64,000 nucleotides of DNA from Lingula anatina (GCA_051362555.1 JBPQGU010000016.1:6200001-6264000), one strand, 5' to 3'. Shown: positions 1 through 12,975, counted from the first letter of the stretch. The notes: generated by a model not told the origin, from the letters alone. A program made the numbers and translations.

Positions 1-241
1 ACCTTCAATATACAGTCTGTGCACCATCTTATTTCATAAATAAATCAACATTGAAACACATTTACCACTGTTAAGAATAATCAAATTTTGAATTTCAATT
101 AATACTTGTCAAAAGTACAAATACTGTTTGCACAACAAGGAGTGTGTGTGTGTGTGTGTGTGTGTGCATGCAAGTGCATGCACAGTCACATTTTAACACT
201 GTAATAAGTAGATACCTATTATATAGACCCTGTCGTCTTAC

Positions 242-422
242 CTCTCTCCTTCACGTCCTCTATCATTATTTTTGTGTCTTTGACATTAACTGAAGAAAAA
301 AATGGAAAACAAAATAATTCTGTCCATGAGCATAACAAGGATATCGTACACAGACAAAGATACAATAATGAATAAGATCACCTAACAGTGAATTAACACA
401 ATGATTGTGTATGAGAGCCTGC

Positions 423-463
<41 letters not shown>

Positions 464-2084
464 CTTTTTGGGTGTGTTTAAATGGACCTAACTTTCTTAC
501 CTCTTTTCTTGATATCCTCAGCAAGTGACACACTGTTTGCATCTTTAATGTCGGCTAAAGCTAAAAAATATGGAATAGAAACCAAATGAAACAAAATCCA
601 TGTTCAAACAGAATTCGGGCACAAATACGGAATTACATTGTTGAAAACACATTCAAAGACATAATTCACTTAAAATAAATTTGGAATTTCTTAAGTATGC
701 TAAAGACAAGACTTTGGATAAGCAACGTGGTGTGTGTGTGTACTGTGTGAGAGTGCATGTTAGTGCGTGTGGACGCATATGCATTACTGAGTTTCTGGTC
801 TCACCTATCTCCTCAATACTTTTAACAACTGTTAAAACTGTTGCATATTTCTTGTCTTTGGTATCAACTGAAAGAACAGAAGCAAATTTAAAGGAGTGCA
901 AATCATGTTCAATCTTTACACAGTTAAAAGCATGGATTTTTCTGAAAATAAAGAGTGTGTGTGTGTGCAAGTGTGCACATGTGTACATTTCATATGTGTA
1001 TTAAAATAATAAATATTTTACTGAGATTCCTGTCTTACCTGTCTCTTCAGTGTTAGGAGCCTTTACTCTGTTATCACTCTTGGTATCAACTGAAACAGAA
1101 TAATTAAAATGAAAGGGAATACAATTTATATTGAATCTAAGCTTAATTAACACGTTACGTTACGGCAGTAGTAATGTAATTACAGGTAAGTCAGAAACAA
1201 CAGGGGATGTGTTAGTCAGTTACATTTTTTTATTAATCTGATTGCATTCTGAAGTTTCTATGGAGTTAGTGCACATTAGCTAGGTAGACAAAATTGACCA
1301 AATTCATTGTGAATGGTCCCTGGTAATCAACAGCTTCAAGGGTCAAGACTTGCACCCTGAGAGTTAAGGTGTTTGTAGTAAAAAACAATGATACTTTTAC
1401 TTCAAGATTCCTTGCAAATAGTGAGAATGAACAAACACACCAAGTAAATTGCTAAAATCAACTGAATTATTACCTGCAATTTGCTTATCACTGGTGTGGA
1501 CTTCAGGTTCATATGTGTAGTTCTCCCCATGTACAAGTCACTTCCATGCTGTCCTTGGTGGTCACCTGGAGGCACCTGTTCCTAAAGGGTTCAGGCTCCC
1601 ATATCCAGCCAGACCCAGGGTGGTAAGGCTAAATAAATAAATAAATAAATAAATTGAAGATAAGTTGATGTCTGAAATGAAAAAGAAAATTCAAATGAAA
1701 AGATACATATATTTAAAATTTGACTAATCAAATACATTGTAATCTACAAGAAATGAATGAAGCTAAAAAAAAAAAAAAAACACTTAAATTTGCTGAACTT
1801 AGATTTTATTTTTCAATAAAAAGGAAAATTATTTTCATCTCAGTTCATTTGTCATTACAAATAAATTAATATATTATACTTACGTTTTGCGGTCTAACAA
1901 ACTTCCACTCTATATTTGCAGCCTTGGGCAGAAGAACTTCCGCCCTTAGAACAGGGACACCCAACTCGGTGCACCTAGCAAGGTTTACACCACGTTGGGT
2001 GTCCCATGTTCCAAGGGCAGTTCCTCTGCCCACTGCTTTGGCTTTTAAGATATTGTCCTTTAGGACTATTCGAACAGTGGCCAT
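242..2084 (-). pseudogene. CBM20-domain/micro-exon gene, copy 1; truncated (frameshifted) paralog, last exon lies before the window start
   Basis: Exons with AG/GT borders on the minus strand: 2086(ATG 2084)..1884, 1628..1474 (fusion of two exons by a 209-bp deletion relative to copy 2, reading ...TWGELHI-stop at 1511..1509), 1089..1039, 867..805, 554..501, 289..242. Predicted 106-aa CBM20-only product. Confidence 0.75.
1884..2084 (-). CDS. CBM20-like domain, first coding exon (copy 1)
   Basis: Acceptor ttttgaacag|CCATG, donor |GTAAGT at 1883. Translation MATVRIVLK...VGRGTALGTWDTQRGVNL...AEVLLPKAANIEWKFVRPQN fits the CBM20 motifs LGxWD and LP....IExKF. Confidence 0.8.
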
Positions 2085-2306
2085 GGCTGTTCAAAATGAA
2101 ACAGAAAATAGAAAGAAATCTTGTCAATATATCTTTTTTGATGTTGTAATTGCAGACATTCAAATCACTCACTAAATATAAAAAAGGGATATATTGCATT
2201 CTTAATATGAATAAGTAAGTCAATTTCTTTTTCATTTATATAAGAACATTGAAAAGTATGCAAAAGCAGTTTAGGACAATGTATTGATTTGGTAGAACAT
2301 GTATTA

Positions 2307-2556
2307 GACTTGGTCCCCATACCTAGATCTATCTTATATAGGATCAATCCATCTCCAAGAGGTTTCTCCCTAAATTGCAATCAACTTAAGCAGCTTAGAT
2401 GTGTGCCAGAAGCTGCTAGGGGGTTATTAATGATCATTTAGCACCTTCAGTAGGAGTGGCAGACATCTAAGACGCTTAAGATGAAAGCAATTTTGGGAGA
2501 AACCCCTTGGAGATGGATCGGCCCTGTCAGATCGATCTAGGTATGGGAACTCAGTC
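2307..2556. mobile_element. Foldback MITE (AGATCGATCT family, Harbinger-like)
   Basis: TIRs GACTTGGTCCCCATACCTAGATC / GATCTAGGTATGGGAACTCAGTC, with near-palindromic symmetry across most of its length; relatives at 12762, 32518 and 62453. Confidence 0.8.
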
Positions 2557-2909
2557 TATGACTCATACAGTGTACAGCCTGATTATATATATGAATAACT
2601 TCTCGTGCATGCACGCACACATACACACACACACACACAACTTACGAGCACACTGCTCTTCTTTGTTATTTTCAATTTCCATATTAACTGACATCTGCAA
2701 TAAATAAATCAAATCATACTTTAACATGTTCCAATAACAGATTTCAGTTGCATCTTTCTTTTGTAGTGATACACTCCATTATATTGGGATTATCAGCAAA
2801 AAAAATGACGTTGTGTAACAGGAAATTCTCCAAAATTTCATTTAGAATAAATTTATCATATAAAAAACTTGGATACAAACTTTCATGGTCAATTTTGAAC
2901 AAAAATTTA

Positions 2910-3070
2910 ACTTACCAGCTACTGTGCAAAATTATATCTTTGCTTTGTTTACTAAAACAATAAACAGGAATAATTACTGTATAAAGAAATTTGATTGGAC
3001 AGCTCCTGTATTGTTCCTTAACTTTAAACCAATAGGAATGGCGCTATTTTGACGGTCTCGACGTGACTCT
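2910..3070 (-). promoter_or_regulatory. Candidate promoter and non-coding first exon of the CBM20 gene, copy 1
   Basis: Consensus donor CTG|GTAAGT (exon end 2916) upstream of the acceptor at 2087; CCAAT boxes at ~2994 and ~3029; CpG-rich GACGTGAC at ~3060. Conserved in copy 2. Confidence 0.4.
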
Positions 3071-4089
3071 CTCTGCTTTACAAATTACACTATATCACAC
3101 ACAACTAGAGCCTGGTTATCCTGTGTAAGATGCTTATGCCCCCATCCTTGCACGGTTTTTTAGAAAGCAGGCAATTAACCTCTGACTGATATCGGTTGGG
3201 GTCTATGGTGCAAACCACAAGTCTCACCTCTTGCACAGCGCCATCTATACTCAATGTTAACATGGCGTCAGCGAAAGGTGATGATGAAAAACCGAAAATT
3301 TCATCCAACTTTCTGTACACTGGGTGTCATCTTCAGTCAGGGCATTCTTAAATGGTAATTCTGCCATGATTGCAAAACGTCATCAGGAAAAAACATTTGA
3401 AATGAAGGATACGTATGTGATATCGACTGTGTCAGTTGTTCACTGTTCACATCACGATGCAATGTGCTTGTCACAATGTGACGATAGCATGATATATAGA
3501 CTTGGCTGCAGATAATAAGTGCTTTTGGAAAACAGACGAGATTGAATGCCGTCATCCACTTTAACTTTTTCATCTGTAATGATGCAACATTTTGCGATGG
3601 CAGGTGAGATGATTATAAATCAGAGCACAACTGACGTTGTGTCTTCTTTTATAAATACAATTTCCTATTGTTCTTCTTGAGTCATCTGAAGAGTTCCAAC
3701 GCAAAATGATCGCCGACGGGGTTCCTGAATACCCGGAACATAATCATCAACGACCTATATGCTCTTTTGCGCTCCCAGACTGAAGACAACTATTCTATCA
3801 TACTACAATGTTGCGAACAAAAATGGCCCCCAGTATTATGAAATATTTTGTCGATGATATCGGAATAAGAACCAATCAGTAAGAAGAGTTTAAGTGGCTG
3901 CTTCTTGACATACAAGGGTGGAAAGAAGCCCCCACCGATTGTGCGGAACAGAACACTCTACTCGGGACACGGAATACTCTGACAGCAGCTACGGAACGGA
4001 ACATACAGACACAGCCACAGAATGGAACACTTTACTCACTTGAATCGATGGGACATCAGGGACATCAGCTACAGCAGAGAAGTGTCAAT

Positions 4090-4850
4090 CCCGGCTGATA
4101 GGAATATTATTAATGAAAATTTGAACATCAGAGACCGCGATATAATCACTGACCCTTGTGGTTGGCTGAATGGAACGTTAATCGACGCTTGTCATGATAT
4201 AACATTAAACACCAATTCCCGCTTCCAGAAGGACACTAGTCATGTTCACTGGCAGTACAGTTAGATTTCAAGCGTCACAAAAATAGATTTATCCAAATAA
4301 TAAACTGAACACCAGACCTCAAAACACATTGGCTCACAGTTTCAAACATAGGGGTGTGTCCCATATACACTGAATATATGCGATTCTTCTTTCAGTGACA
4401 TTCCAACCATGGAACAAATGTGCATTGCGACACTGATAGCACCATGGCATCGTCAAGAACTCTACAAATTAACGTTTTGCGGTAACCCAACAAAATAACA
4501 ACTAGTAAACTACAATTGTGGTTTATACGTCATAGCGAATATGGTTACATTGGCGAACGGCAAAGATCCAACAACCATGAAGTATGACCACAAAAAACTT
4601 AGTCCACATTAATTTTTTTGTTAAAAAAGACGTCATCTATTGCTTTTTCCTATTATAAGCAGGCGTAAAATTAAAAATCGTGTGAAAAAAACTCAGTCGC
4701 AGTCAATTTCTACTGTGAATGCCAGCTGCCAGATACACACACCCTGTATGGCATTTATGACGGTTGCAATAAAGAATACTATCCTCTATGTAAAGGCGCA
4801 ACAGACATCGCCTTAAAACAAGATGACATGTATTGTCCAAAGTGCACAAA
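4090..4850 (+). pseudogene. Decayed Ulp1/C48-like cysteine protease plus PHD-finger coding region (transposon-type accessory domains), copy 1
   Basis: Frameshifted translation: GWLNGTLIDA...FIQIIN...THWLTVSNIG...DSSF...NCGLYVIANMVTLANGKDP...YCECQLPD...GCNKEYYPLC, matching the H-D-C order of C48 proteases and a PHD-like Cys pattern; several stops and frameshifts. Confidence 0.7.
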
Positions 4851-5317
4851 AAGCAGACAACAATAATAATAGTAATAACTCAATATATTTATATTTGTCT
4901 TGTTTTTCTTTTAGCATCACATAAATAATATTCCCTTGTTCCACAATGTATTTGATACACGTTCCACTTTTTACTGTATTCCGCATTTTAGTCTGTTCTG
5001 CTGTTCTGTTGTTCTGGTTTTCTGTCTTTTAGTTTCTGCCATCACTAACATGTATTAGCACATCCCGAGTTTCAGTGACGACAGGAAATCCACCTGTCTT
5101 CTGTATTACCAGCACTAGTATAGTAGTGTATGCCTCGGCTGTAACCAACAACAACACTTTATTTTGTAAGATAATTTTTTTTACACATTCATTCACGTTT
5201 TTTTTATGTTGAAGGAAAGTAATAAATTGTCAATACTCTCAGACTCTTGAACTTTTTGTGGAAAATTCCTGACCACTGAGTTTTTTATCTCTTCCAGTCC
5301 ATCATCTGACTTAAGTC

Positions 5318-5680
5318 TACTACACTGTACTAAGAGACAAGACTGTACTGCCACAATGTAATACAATGACTCCAGACTACTACACTATACTAGGAGACAC
5401 AGGACTATACTGACACAATGGAATACAATGACTCCAGACTACACTGTACTAGGAGACAGGACTATACTGACACAATGGAACACAATGACTCCAGACTACT
5501 ACACTATACTAGGAGACACAGGACTATACTGACACAATGGAATACAATGACTCCAGACTACTACACTGTACTAGGAGACACAGAACTATACTGCCACAAT
5601 GGAACCTAATGACTCATGAATACTACACTGTACTAGGAGGCACAGAACTATACTGATACAATGGAACACATTGACTCCAG
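5318..5680. repeat. ~62-bp minisatellite (~6 units)
   Basis: Unit actacactgtactaggagacacaggactatactgacacaatggaatacaatgactccagact, with a 57-bp variant. Confidence 0.95.
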
Positions 5681-5799
5681 ATTAATTTTTAAAATGGTCA
5701 AGTAACAACATAATATTCATTTATTAAATGCTCTTCCGTAGATCACATTGTATTGTGGATCTTTTAATATTTCAGTGAATTTTTGAATCAGTAGTGCTG

Positions 5800-6884
5800 T
5801 AGTGTAAAGCTTAATTTGTACAAATTTCTGAAGCATTAGACCAGATTTGACAAAATTATTAATGTATAACTATTTTAAGTCATGCAATTTGCCAATTTGT
5901 CTTTTCAATGTAATTTTCAATTTTCTCAGTTATATTGTTCTTTTTCAGAGTAGCCTTACCATGAAAAAGCAGGCAGTGAAAGACAGCACCAAGAGCAGCA
6001 CTGTCTTATCCATGTGTACAATACATGACATGTGGCAAGATTTAGAACATTGTCAAATATTGCGCTAACAACAGCCTATGCCAGAAACCCATTGTGAGGA
6101 GTAATCTTGATCTGACATTGATAGTAAGGAGGAGTCTTGTGTGGGTATATATTGTTTATTGTTTTCCAGATGACAGCTATAGGTAACTTGCAACCTCCTA
6201 CACAAACAAAGTCAAATAATCACATTTAATGTTTTTTTTTTTTTTTTTTTTTGTTTTTTGTTTTTTTGTTTTAGAGTAAATAATACATTGCAATATTGAA
6301 ATATTTGTCAATTCTCACACTTCTGATTATCAATTTCCAATATACTTGGCACTTAAAAAATCACAGTCAACTGATAAGCTTATCACAGACTTTTATTGTT
6401 GTTAAGCATCATTTGTACAGATTTTAGAAACATTGTATGAGATTTGACAAAATTATTAACGTTTAACTATTTTAAGTCATGAAATTTGCCAGTGTTTTCA
6501 ATTTAATTTTCATTTTTCTCAAATATATTGTCCATAGAAAATACTTTTCATTAGACACACAGTCAACTGATCAGATTATCACCGATTTTTATTGTTGTTA
6601 AGCATCATTTGTGCAAATTTCAGAAACATTGGACAAGATCTGTCAAAATTATTAACATTTAACTATTTTAAGTCATGGAATTTGCCAGTGTTTTCAGTTT
6701 AATTTTCATTTTTCTCAAATATATCGTCCATAGAAAATACTTTTCATTAGACACACAGTCAACTGATCAGCTTTTCAGAGACTTTTATTGTCGTCAAGCA
6801 TCATTTGTACAGATTTCAGAAACATTGGACGAGATTTGGCAAAATTATTAGCGTTTAACTATTTTAAGTCATGGGTTTTGCCAG
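5800..6884. repeat. 196-bp satellite with one long cassette unit (start of array, copy 1)
   Basis: agtcaactgat recurs at 6365, 6561 and 6757 (196-bp period); the array is cut at a T-run by Helentron-type element A. Confidence 0.92.
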
Positions 6885-7478
6885 TTTTTATGTACAGACA
6901 CAGATGTGTCTGTACATATAGCCGTCACCTGCGTCTGTCGTCGCCGTTGCCGTTGCCGTTGGCGTGCACTTTTACCGATAACACAATAAGTGGAAAACGG
7001 TTTTACCTTTTGGCTTGAAACTTACAGAACTGATAAATATTCATAATACGCAGGTCAAGTTCGAAAATCAGCATGATTGGGTCATTTTTAGGGAATTTAT
7101 GCTGTTTTTTCACTTTTTTCAGCATATATACAGCACCGATAACACGATAAGTGGAAAACCATTTTACCTTTTGGATTGAAACTTACAGAACTGATGAATA
7201 TTCATAATATGCAGGTCAAGTTCAAAAATCAGCATGATGGGGTCATTTTTAGGGAATTTATGCTGTTTTTTCACTTTTTTCAGCATATATGCAACCCCGA
7301 TAACATGATAAGTGGAAAACCATTTTACCTTTTGGCTTGAAACTTACAGAACTGATGAATATTCATAATATGCAGGTGAAGTTCGAAAATCAGCATGCTT
7401 GGGTCATTTTAAGGGAATTTATGCTGTTTTTTTCACTTTTTTCAGCATATATGCAACACTGATAACACAATATAAGAA

Positions 7479-9688
7479 CAAGGCAGCAAAGCTGTCAAAT
7501 GTACAGACAAAAAGCAGACAATAACAATGCACAAAACCGGCTACTGTCAATTCTGATGCAAAAGTACATTATGCTTAACTGCAAATTCAACATCAAATTT
7601 TAATTATGCTCAACAGGTAATACCAATGTAAGTGAAATGTGTAACAAGCGTAAGGCTTCAGGCCCATGGGAGTTTAAGTTCACACTTTGAAAATGCCAGA
7701 ATGAGAAAAATGAAAATTTCACATAAAACTGCTTAAATTCAATAATAAATGATAACCCATTTGAGCTGGCTTTCTAATTTGAACTGCATGCCAATCCTAC
7801 AAATCATACTTGTAAGTTGAAAATAATAATAAGTAACATAGTTTTCTTTTCATAATGTTTGTAGTAGCAGTGCAAAAAGATTTTTGTCAATTTTGATGTA
7901 ACATTACAAAATAAATTACAGAATAATTATCACCAATTTTTGATTATTGACTATAAAGAGCATGGACATGTAGAAAATTTGATTACCATTTGGCTTCATG
8001 TCCATGGGAGCTTCGAGTCCCACAATGAATATGCCAACATGATAAAAATGAATATTTCACTAAAATGTATAACTTCCAGAAAAAGAAGCCAATTAGACTG
8101 CTTTTCCAACTCAGGCTGCATTTTAGTCCTTTGTTTCTTTTTTGAAAGTTTGACAATCATAAGTAACATGGTTTTCCCATAATGGTCATCATGGCAGCAG
8201 CACCCAAAATTGTGTTTTCTTCTATTTTAATGCAATATTACATAATGCTTAACAGCATAATGACCATCAGTTTTTAATAATAAAAGATCCGTATCGTGGA
8301 TTTTCAGAAAATGTGACTAGCATGGGTCTTCAAGCCCGTGGAGGTTCTAAGTCACACCTTGAAAATGCCAATATGTGAAAAATTAAATTTTCACAAAAAA
8401 CTGATTAACTGCCAAAAAAATTTACCAAATAGTCTGCATTGCCCACTGAAGCTTTATTTAAGTCCCATGTTTCTTCCTGTAAGTTTGAGCACAGTAAGTG
8501 ACATGGTTTTCCTTAAATGGTCATCATGGGAGCAGTGTCCAAAATAGGGGTGTCTTCAAATTTTGATGCACTATAACATAATGTTTAACAGGATAATTAC
8601 CATCAATTTTTAATAATAAAATATTAGTATCATGGATATTCAGAAAATGTTCCTAGCAAAGGTCTTCAGGCCAAAGGAACTTCAAAGTCACACCTTGAAA
8701 ATGCCAAAATGTAGACAAGACAGCACTGTCTTGAAATGTTTTTTTTTCCATTTTTAACAATTTTTTAACATATAACAAAATTAACAATTTACTGCCACTT
8801 ATATATGATCAACTAAGAAAATTGATGAGATGGGAAAAATATCAATAGAACAGTGTTTAATGTCCAATTTCCTCCATTCTGAGTTTCTGAACATAGTCAA
8901 TGAATGAATCTGACAAACTGCAATGATAGAGTTTATTTCCATTTTTGAAACTCTATTATACAATACATGATAACAAGTTTACCATCATTTTTACATAATC
9001 AACTAACAATGTTGTAAAGATGCAGGAAATGTCAAACAAACACTTTTACGAATCTTATTAGTTAAATAATGAGACTGTTAACATGCCTAAGAATTGAATC
9101 TGAGGAAATGTTTAAAAACAGCATAACTTATAAAATAATGGCCCGATTATGCTGATTTTCGAACTTGACCTGCATTTTAGTAAGATTAATTACTCCTGTG
9201 AGTTTCATGACAACAGGTCTATCGGTTTTCCTTGAAATGTGTTAACAGTGTTGCACATATGCTAAAAAGTGAAAAAAACAGCATAACTACTAAAATAGTG
9301 GCCCGATCATGCCGATTTTCGAACTTGGTCTGCGTTTTAGTAAGATTAATTACTCCTGTGAGTTTCATGACAACAGGCCTATCGGTTTTCCTTGAAATGT
9401 GTTAACAGTGTTGCATATATGCTAAAAAGTGAAAACACAGCATAAATACTACAATAATTGCCCAAACATGCTGATTTTCGAACTTGACCTGCGTTTTATG
9501 AATATTCATCAGCTCTGTAAATATAAAGCCAAAAAGTAAAACTGTCTTCCACTTATCGTGTTAACGATGAAAGTGCACGGCGACGGCGACGGCGACATCG
9601 ACGGCGACAGGGACGGCGACAGGGACGGCGACGGCGACGACAGACGCAGGTGATGGCAATATGTACAGACACATCTGTGTCTGTACAT
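7479..9688 (-). mobile_element. Helentron/HINE-type element B (same family as A, inserted in opposite orientation)
   Basis: Minus strand: 5' T-run, ATGTACAGAC hairpin, CGCCGT microsatellite; 3' GTCTGTACAT, hairpin GACAGC-TTT-GCTGCC, TTGTT. Inserted into the A-run of aagaaaaacag in A with no TSD beyond the homopolymer. Confidence 0.9.
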
Positions 9689-10624
9689 AAAAACAGATAG
9701 GCCAATTGTCATTATACTCACAGGAGTAGTCAAACTAACTAAAACGCAGGTTGAGTTCGAAAATCAGCATCATCGGGCCTTTATTTTAGAAGTTATGCTG
9801 TTTTTTCACATTTCCTCAGATTCAATTCTTAGGCATGTTAACAGTCTCATTATTTAAATAATAAGATAAGTAAAAGTGTTTGTTTGATATTTCCTGCATC
9901 TTTACAACATTGTTAATTGTACCACCAGCGTTAGCGCTGGCGGTACACATGGTTTTAGTCCCGTCCGGTCCGTTCCGCCGGCTCCGCCGGCTCCTGCGGC
10001 TCCGCCGGCTCCGCCGCCATGTTACCGTTACCGCTTCTCCTCCTAGACGGTAAGGGCCCCCATACCCATCTCTTGGATTTAGGTCACCTATAATCTCAAC
10101 TCGTTCCACGTAAAATTTGGGCTTTGTCGGTATTGGGGTCTAGGTGTGGCACTCATTGCAATGCACCCTTGTCCAAAAATGGCAAAATTAAATGCTAATT
10201 ATCTACCCTACGGAAGGAATTATCGGAAAAATTTCTACAGAGGACTTTCCAAAAGTCATATGTGTAGATTTCAAATATGCCCTTGGATTTGACCTTTGAC
10301 CTTTATTTCAAGGTCAAACGGGCAAAAATTTTCAAAAAAATGAATTTTTTTACGAAAAAAAATTTATTTGCGCTGTTATTCAGACACCACACAGACTTAA
10401 CCAATAATATTATTGGAAAATGTTACCCTTCAGGTCATCTTTCATCTGTGTGAATTTGGGGTCAATCGGTGCATTTTCACGGGTGAAGCGGCCATAAGAT
10501 ACCGAAACTGAAAACTGTCTCTAATTCGGGAACCGTTAATGCTAGAGACCCATTCTTTTTTGCATTTTGTAGAGCATGTAAAGCCCAACACTGGGGGTGG
10601 TCTCCGTATTCCATACGGTTTTCG

Positions 10625-12660
10625 AGTTACGCTGTATCAAAAAGTACATTTTGGTGGTTAAAGCAAAATGTGCAGTACGGTAATGGATAATAAATTTTGA
10701 ACTCCAGAAAAATAAAACATAAGGCTTGGCAAAGCAGGCAACTTGTGGTCGAAAATGACATTATTTCATCAAATTTGAACTTCTGGAACTTCAGAGCACC
10801 TCCCATTTCAAGAGTTTTGACCAAAATGACCTTTTCTTTATTTTAAATAATTTTTTCCGTAGGAAATTTATGGCACATTATGGTAACTCCAAAATTATAA
10901 TATTTAGTCCCTTATATCTCCAAAACTGGCAGAGATAAGTCCATAGTTACTATTGAAGTTGAATAGGAAGTCATGTACTGGCAATCTTACTGTGACCTTG
11001 ATATTGACCTTTGACCTACTTTTCACCATGAACTGAACTTTGCAAATTTTGCCTCCCTTTTATCTCCAAAACTGGCAGAGATAGGTCCATAGTTTCTATT
11101 GAACTTGAATATGAAGTCTTATACTGGCAATCTAAATGTGACCTTGAAATTGACCTTTGACCTACTTTTCACCATGAACTGAACTTCGCAAATTTTGGTT
11201 CCCTTTTATCTCCAAAACTGGCAGAGATAGGTCCATAGTTACTATTGAACTTGAATGGGAAGTCATATACTGGCAATCTTACTGTGACCTTGAAATTGAC
11301 CTTTGACCTACTTTTCATCATGAACTGAACTTTGCAAATTTTGCTTCCCTTTTATCTCCAAAGTTACGCTGTATCAAAAAGTACATTTTGGTGGTTAAAG
11401 CAAAATGTGCAGTACGGTAATTGATAATAAATTTTGAACTCCAGAAAAATAAAACATAAGGCTTGGCAAAGCAGGCAACTTGTGGTCGAAAATGACATTA
11501 TTTCATCAAATTTGAACATCTGGAACTTCAGAGCACCTCCCATTTCAAGAATTTTGACCAAAATGACCTTTTCTTTATTTTAATTAATTTTTTCCGTAGG
11601 AAATTTATGGCACATTATGGTAACTCCAAAATTATAACATTTAGTCCCTTATATCTCCAAAACTGGCAGAGATAAGTCCATAGTTACTATTGAAGTTGAA
11701 TAGGAAGTCATGTACTGGCAATCTTACTGTGACCTTGAAATTGACCTTTGACCTACTTTTCACCATGAACTGAACTTTGCAAATTTTGCCTCCCTTTTAT
11801 CTCCAAAACTGGCAGAGATAGGTCCATAGTTTCTATTGAACTTGAATATGAAGTCATATACTGGCAATCTAAATGTGACCTTGAAATTGACCTTTGACCT
11901 ACTTTTCACCATGAACTGAACTTTGCAAATTTTGCTTCCCTTTTATCTCCAAAGTTACGCTGTATCAAAAAGTACATTTTGGTGGTTAAAGCAAAATGTG
12001 CAGTACGGTAATAGATAATAAATTTTGAACTCCGGAAAAATAAAACATAAGGCTTGGCAAAGCAGGCAACTTGTGGTGGAAAATGACATTATTTCATCAA
12101 ATTTGAACGTCTGGAACTTCAGAGCACCTCCCATTTCAAGAATTTTGACCAAAATGACATTTTCTTTATTTTAATTAATTTTTTCTGTAGGAAATTTATG
12201 GCACATTAAGGTAACTCCGAAATTATAACATTTAGTCCCTTATATCTCCAAAACTGGCAGAGATAGGTCCATAGTTACTTTTGAACTTGAATAGGAAGTC
12301 ATATACTGGCAATCTAAATGTGACCTTGAAATTGACCTTTGACCTACTTTTTATCATGAATTGAACTTTGCAAATTTTGGTTCCCTTTTATTTCCAAAAC
12401 TAGCGAGATAGGTCCATAGTTACTATTGAACTTGAATAGGAAGTCATATACTGGCAATCTAAGTGTGACCTTGAAATTGACCTTTGACCTACTTATAATC
12501 ATGAACTGAACTCTGCTAATTTCTTTCTCTTTTAACTCCAAACCTGGCAGAAATAAGTCCATAGTTACTATTGAAGTTGAATAGGAAGTCATATACTGGC
12601 AATTTACTGTGACCTTGAAATTGACCTTTGACCTACCTTACGATGAACTTAACTTTGATT
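10625..12660. repeat. Higher-order repeat: ~299-bp unit plus 2-3 x 146-bp TGACCTTGA units, three blocks
   Basis: Block starts 10625, 11362, 11953 (spacing 737 and 591); tgtgaccttg at 10991, 11137, 11283 (146-bp period). Confidence 0.93.
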
Positions 12661-12761
12661 GTACCATTTTAAGTTATATATATTTTTTGCGTATTTTGAA
12701 AATTCTTGTTGATTGCATTTTTATAGCTTGTCAAGCATAAGACTGGTGGCTGTGTCCCTAA

Positions 12762-12975
12762 CACCCCATTTCCATAGATTAGATCGACCTACTTTGGATC
12801 GACCTAACTCCCTGGGGGTTCGCGCTGAATAGCTGTCAGCCGGGCGGACACGAAAGTTAATTGCCCCTTACGGCTTGTAGTGGGCGGGGACGGACACTTA
12901 AGGGGGATTATCTGACGGTAGTCTGGTGAGACTCCCCGCGGTGATAGATCGATCTAAAGTTGTGAGAATAGACCC
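12762..12975. mobile_element. MITE (AGATCGATCT family) within element C
   Basis: Imperfect TIRs CACCCCATTTCCATAGATTAGATCGA / TCGATCTAAAGTTGTGAGAATAGACCC, flanked by TAA/TTA; homologous in reverse to 32518..32742. Confidence 0.75.

Larger units (their letters stand above)
1..6885 (+). repeat. Segmental duplication, copy 1 (paralog of 37061..~46410)
   Basis: Position 1 accttcaatatacagtctgt recurs at 37061. Colinear near-identity continues through the gene, MITE, Ulp1 remnant, minisatellite and satellite, apart from indels. Confidence 0.97.

Noticed and set aside
653-1004. 107- and 111-aa overlapping ORFs (and duplicates at 37656-38041)
   Set aside because: Mostly intron and (GT)n sequence; only the 63-nt micro-exon is supported.
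1520-1655. GC-richer segment ending in (TAAA)n, first read as a retroposon 3' end
   Set aside because: On the minus strand it is the in-frame second CBM20 exon (PYHPGSGWIWEPEPFRNR...); the (ATTT)n tract is its acceptor region.
1629-1671. Upstream acceptor tttcag|ACATCA as the start of exon 2
   Set aside because: It lies 43 nt (copy 1) or 47 nt (copy 2) from the coding frame, so it is out of frame; an in-frame version would hit TAG.
5318-5680. CRISPR-like array
   Set aside because: Units are head-to-tail with no unique spacers, no cas genes and a eukaryotic context; the same holds for 34331-34576 and the 196-bp arrays.
10627-12152. Three near-identical 65-aa ORFs as a peptide gene family
   Set aside because: They are by-products of the 299-bp unit within element C; no splice or domain support.
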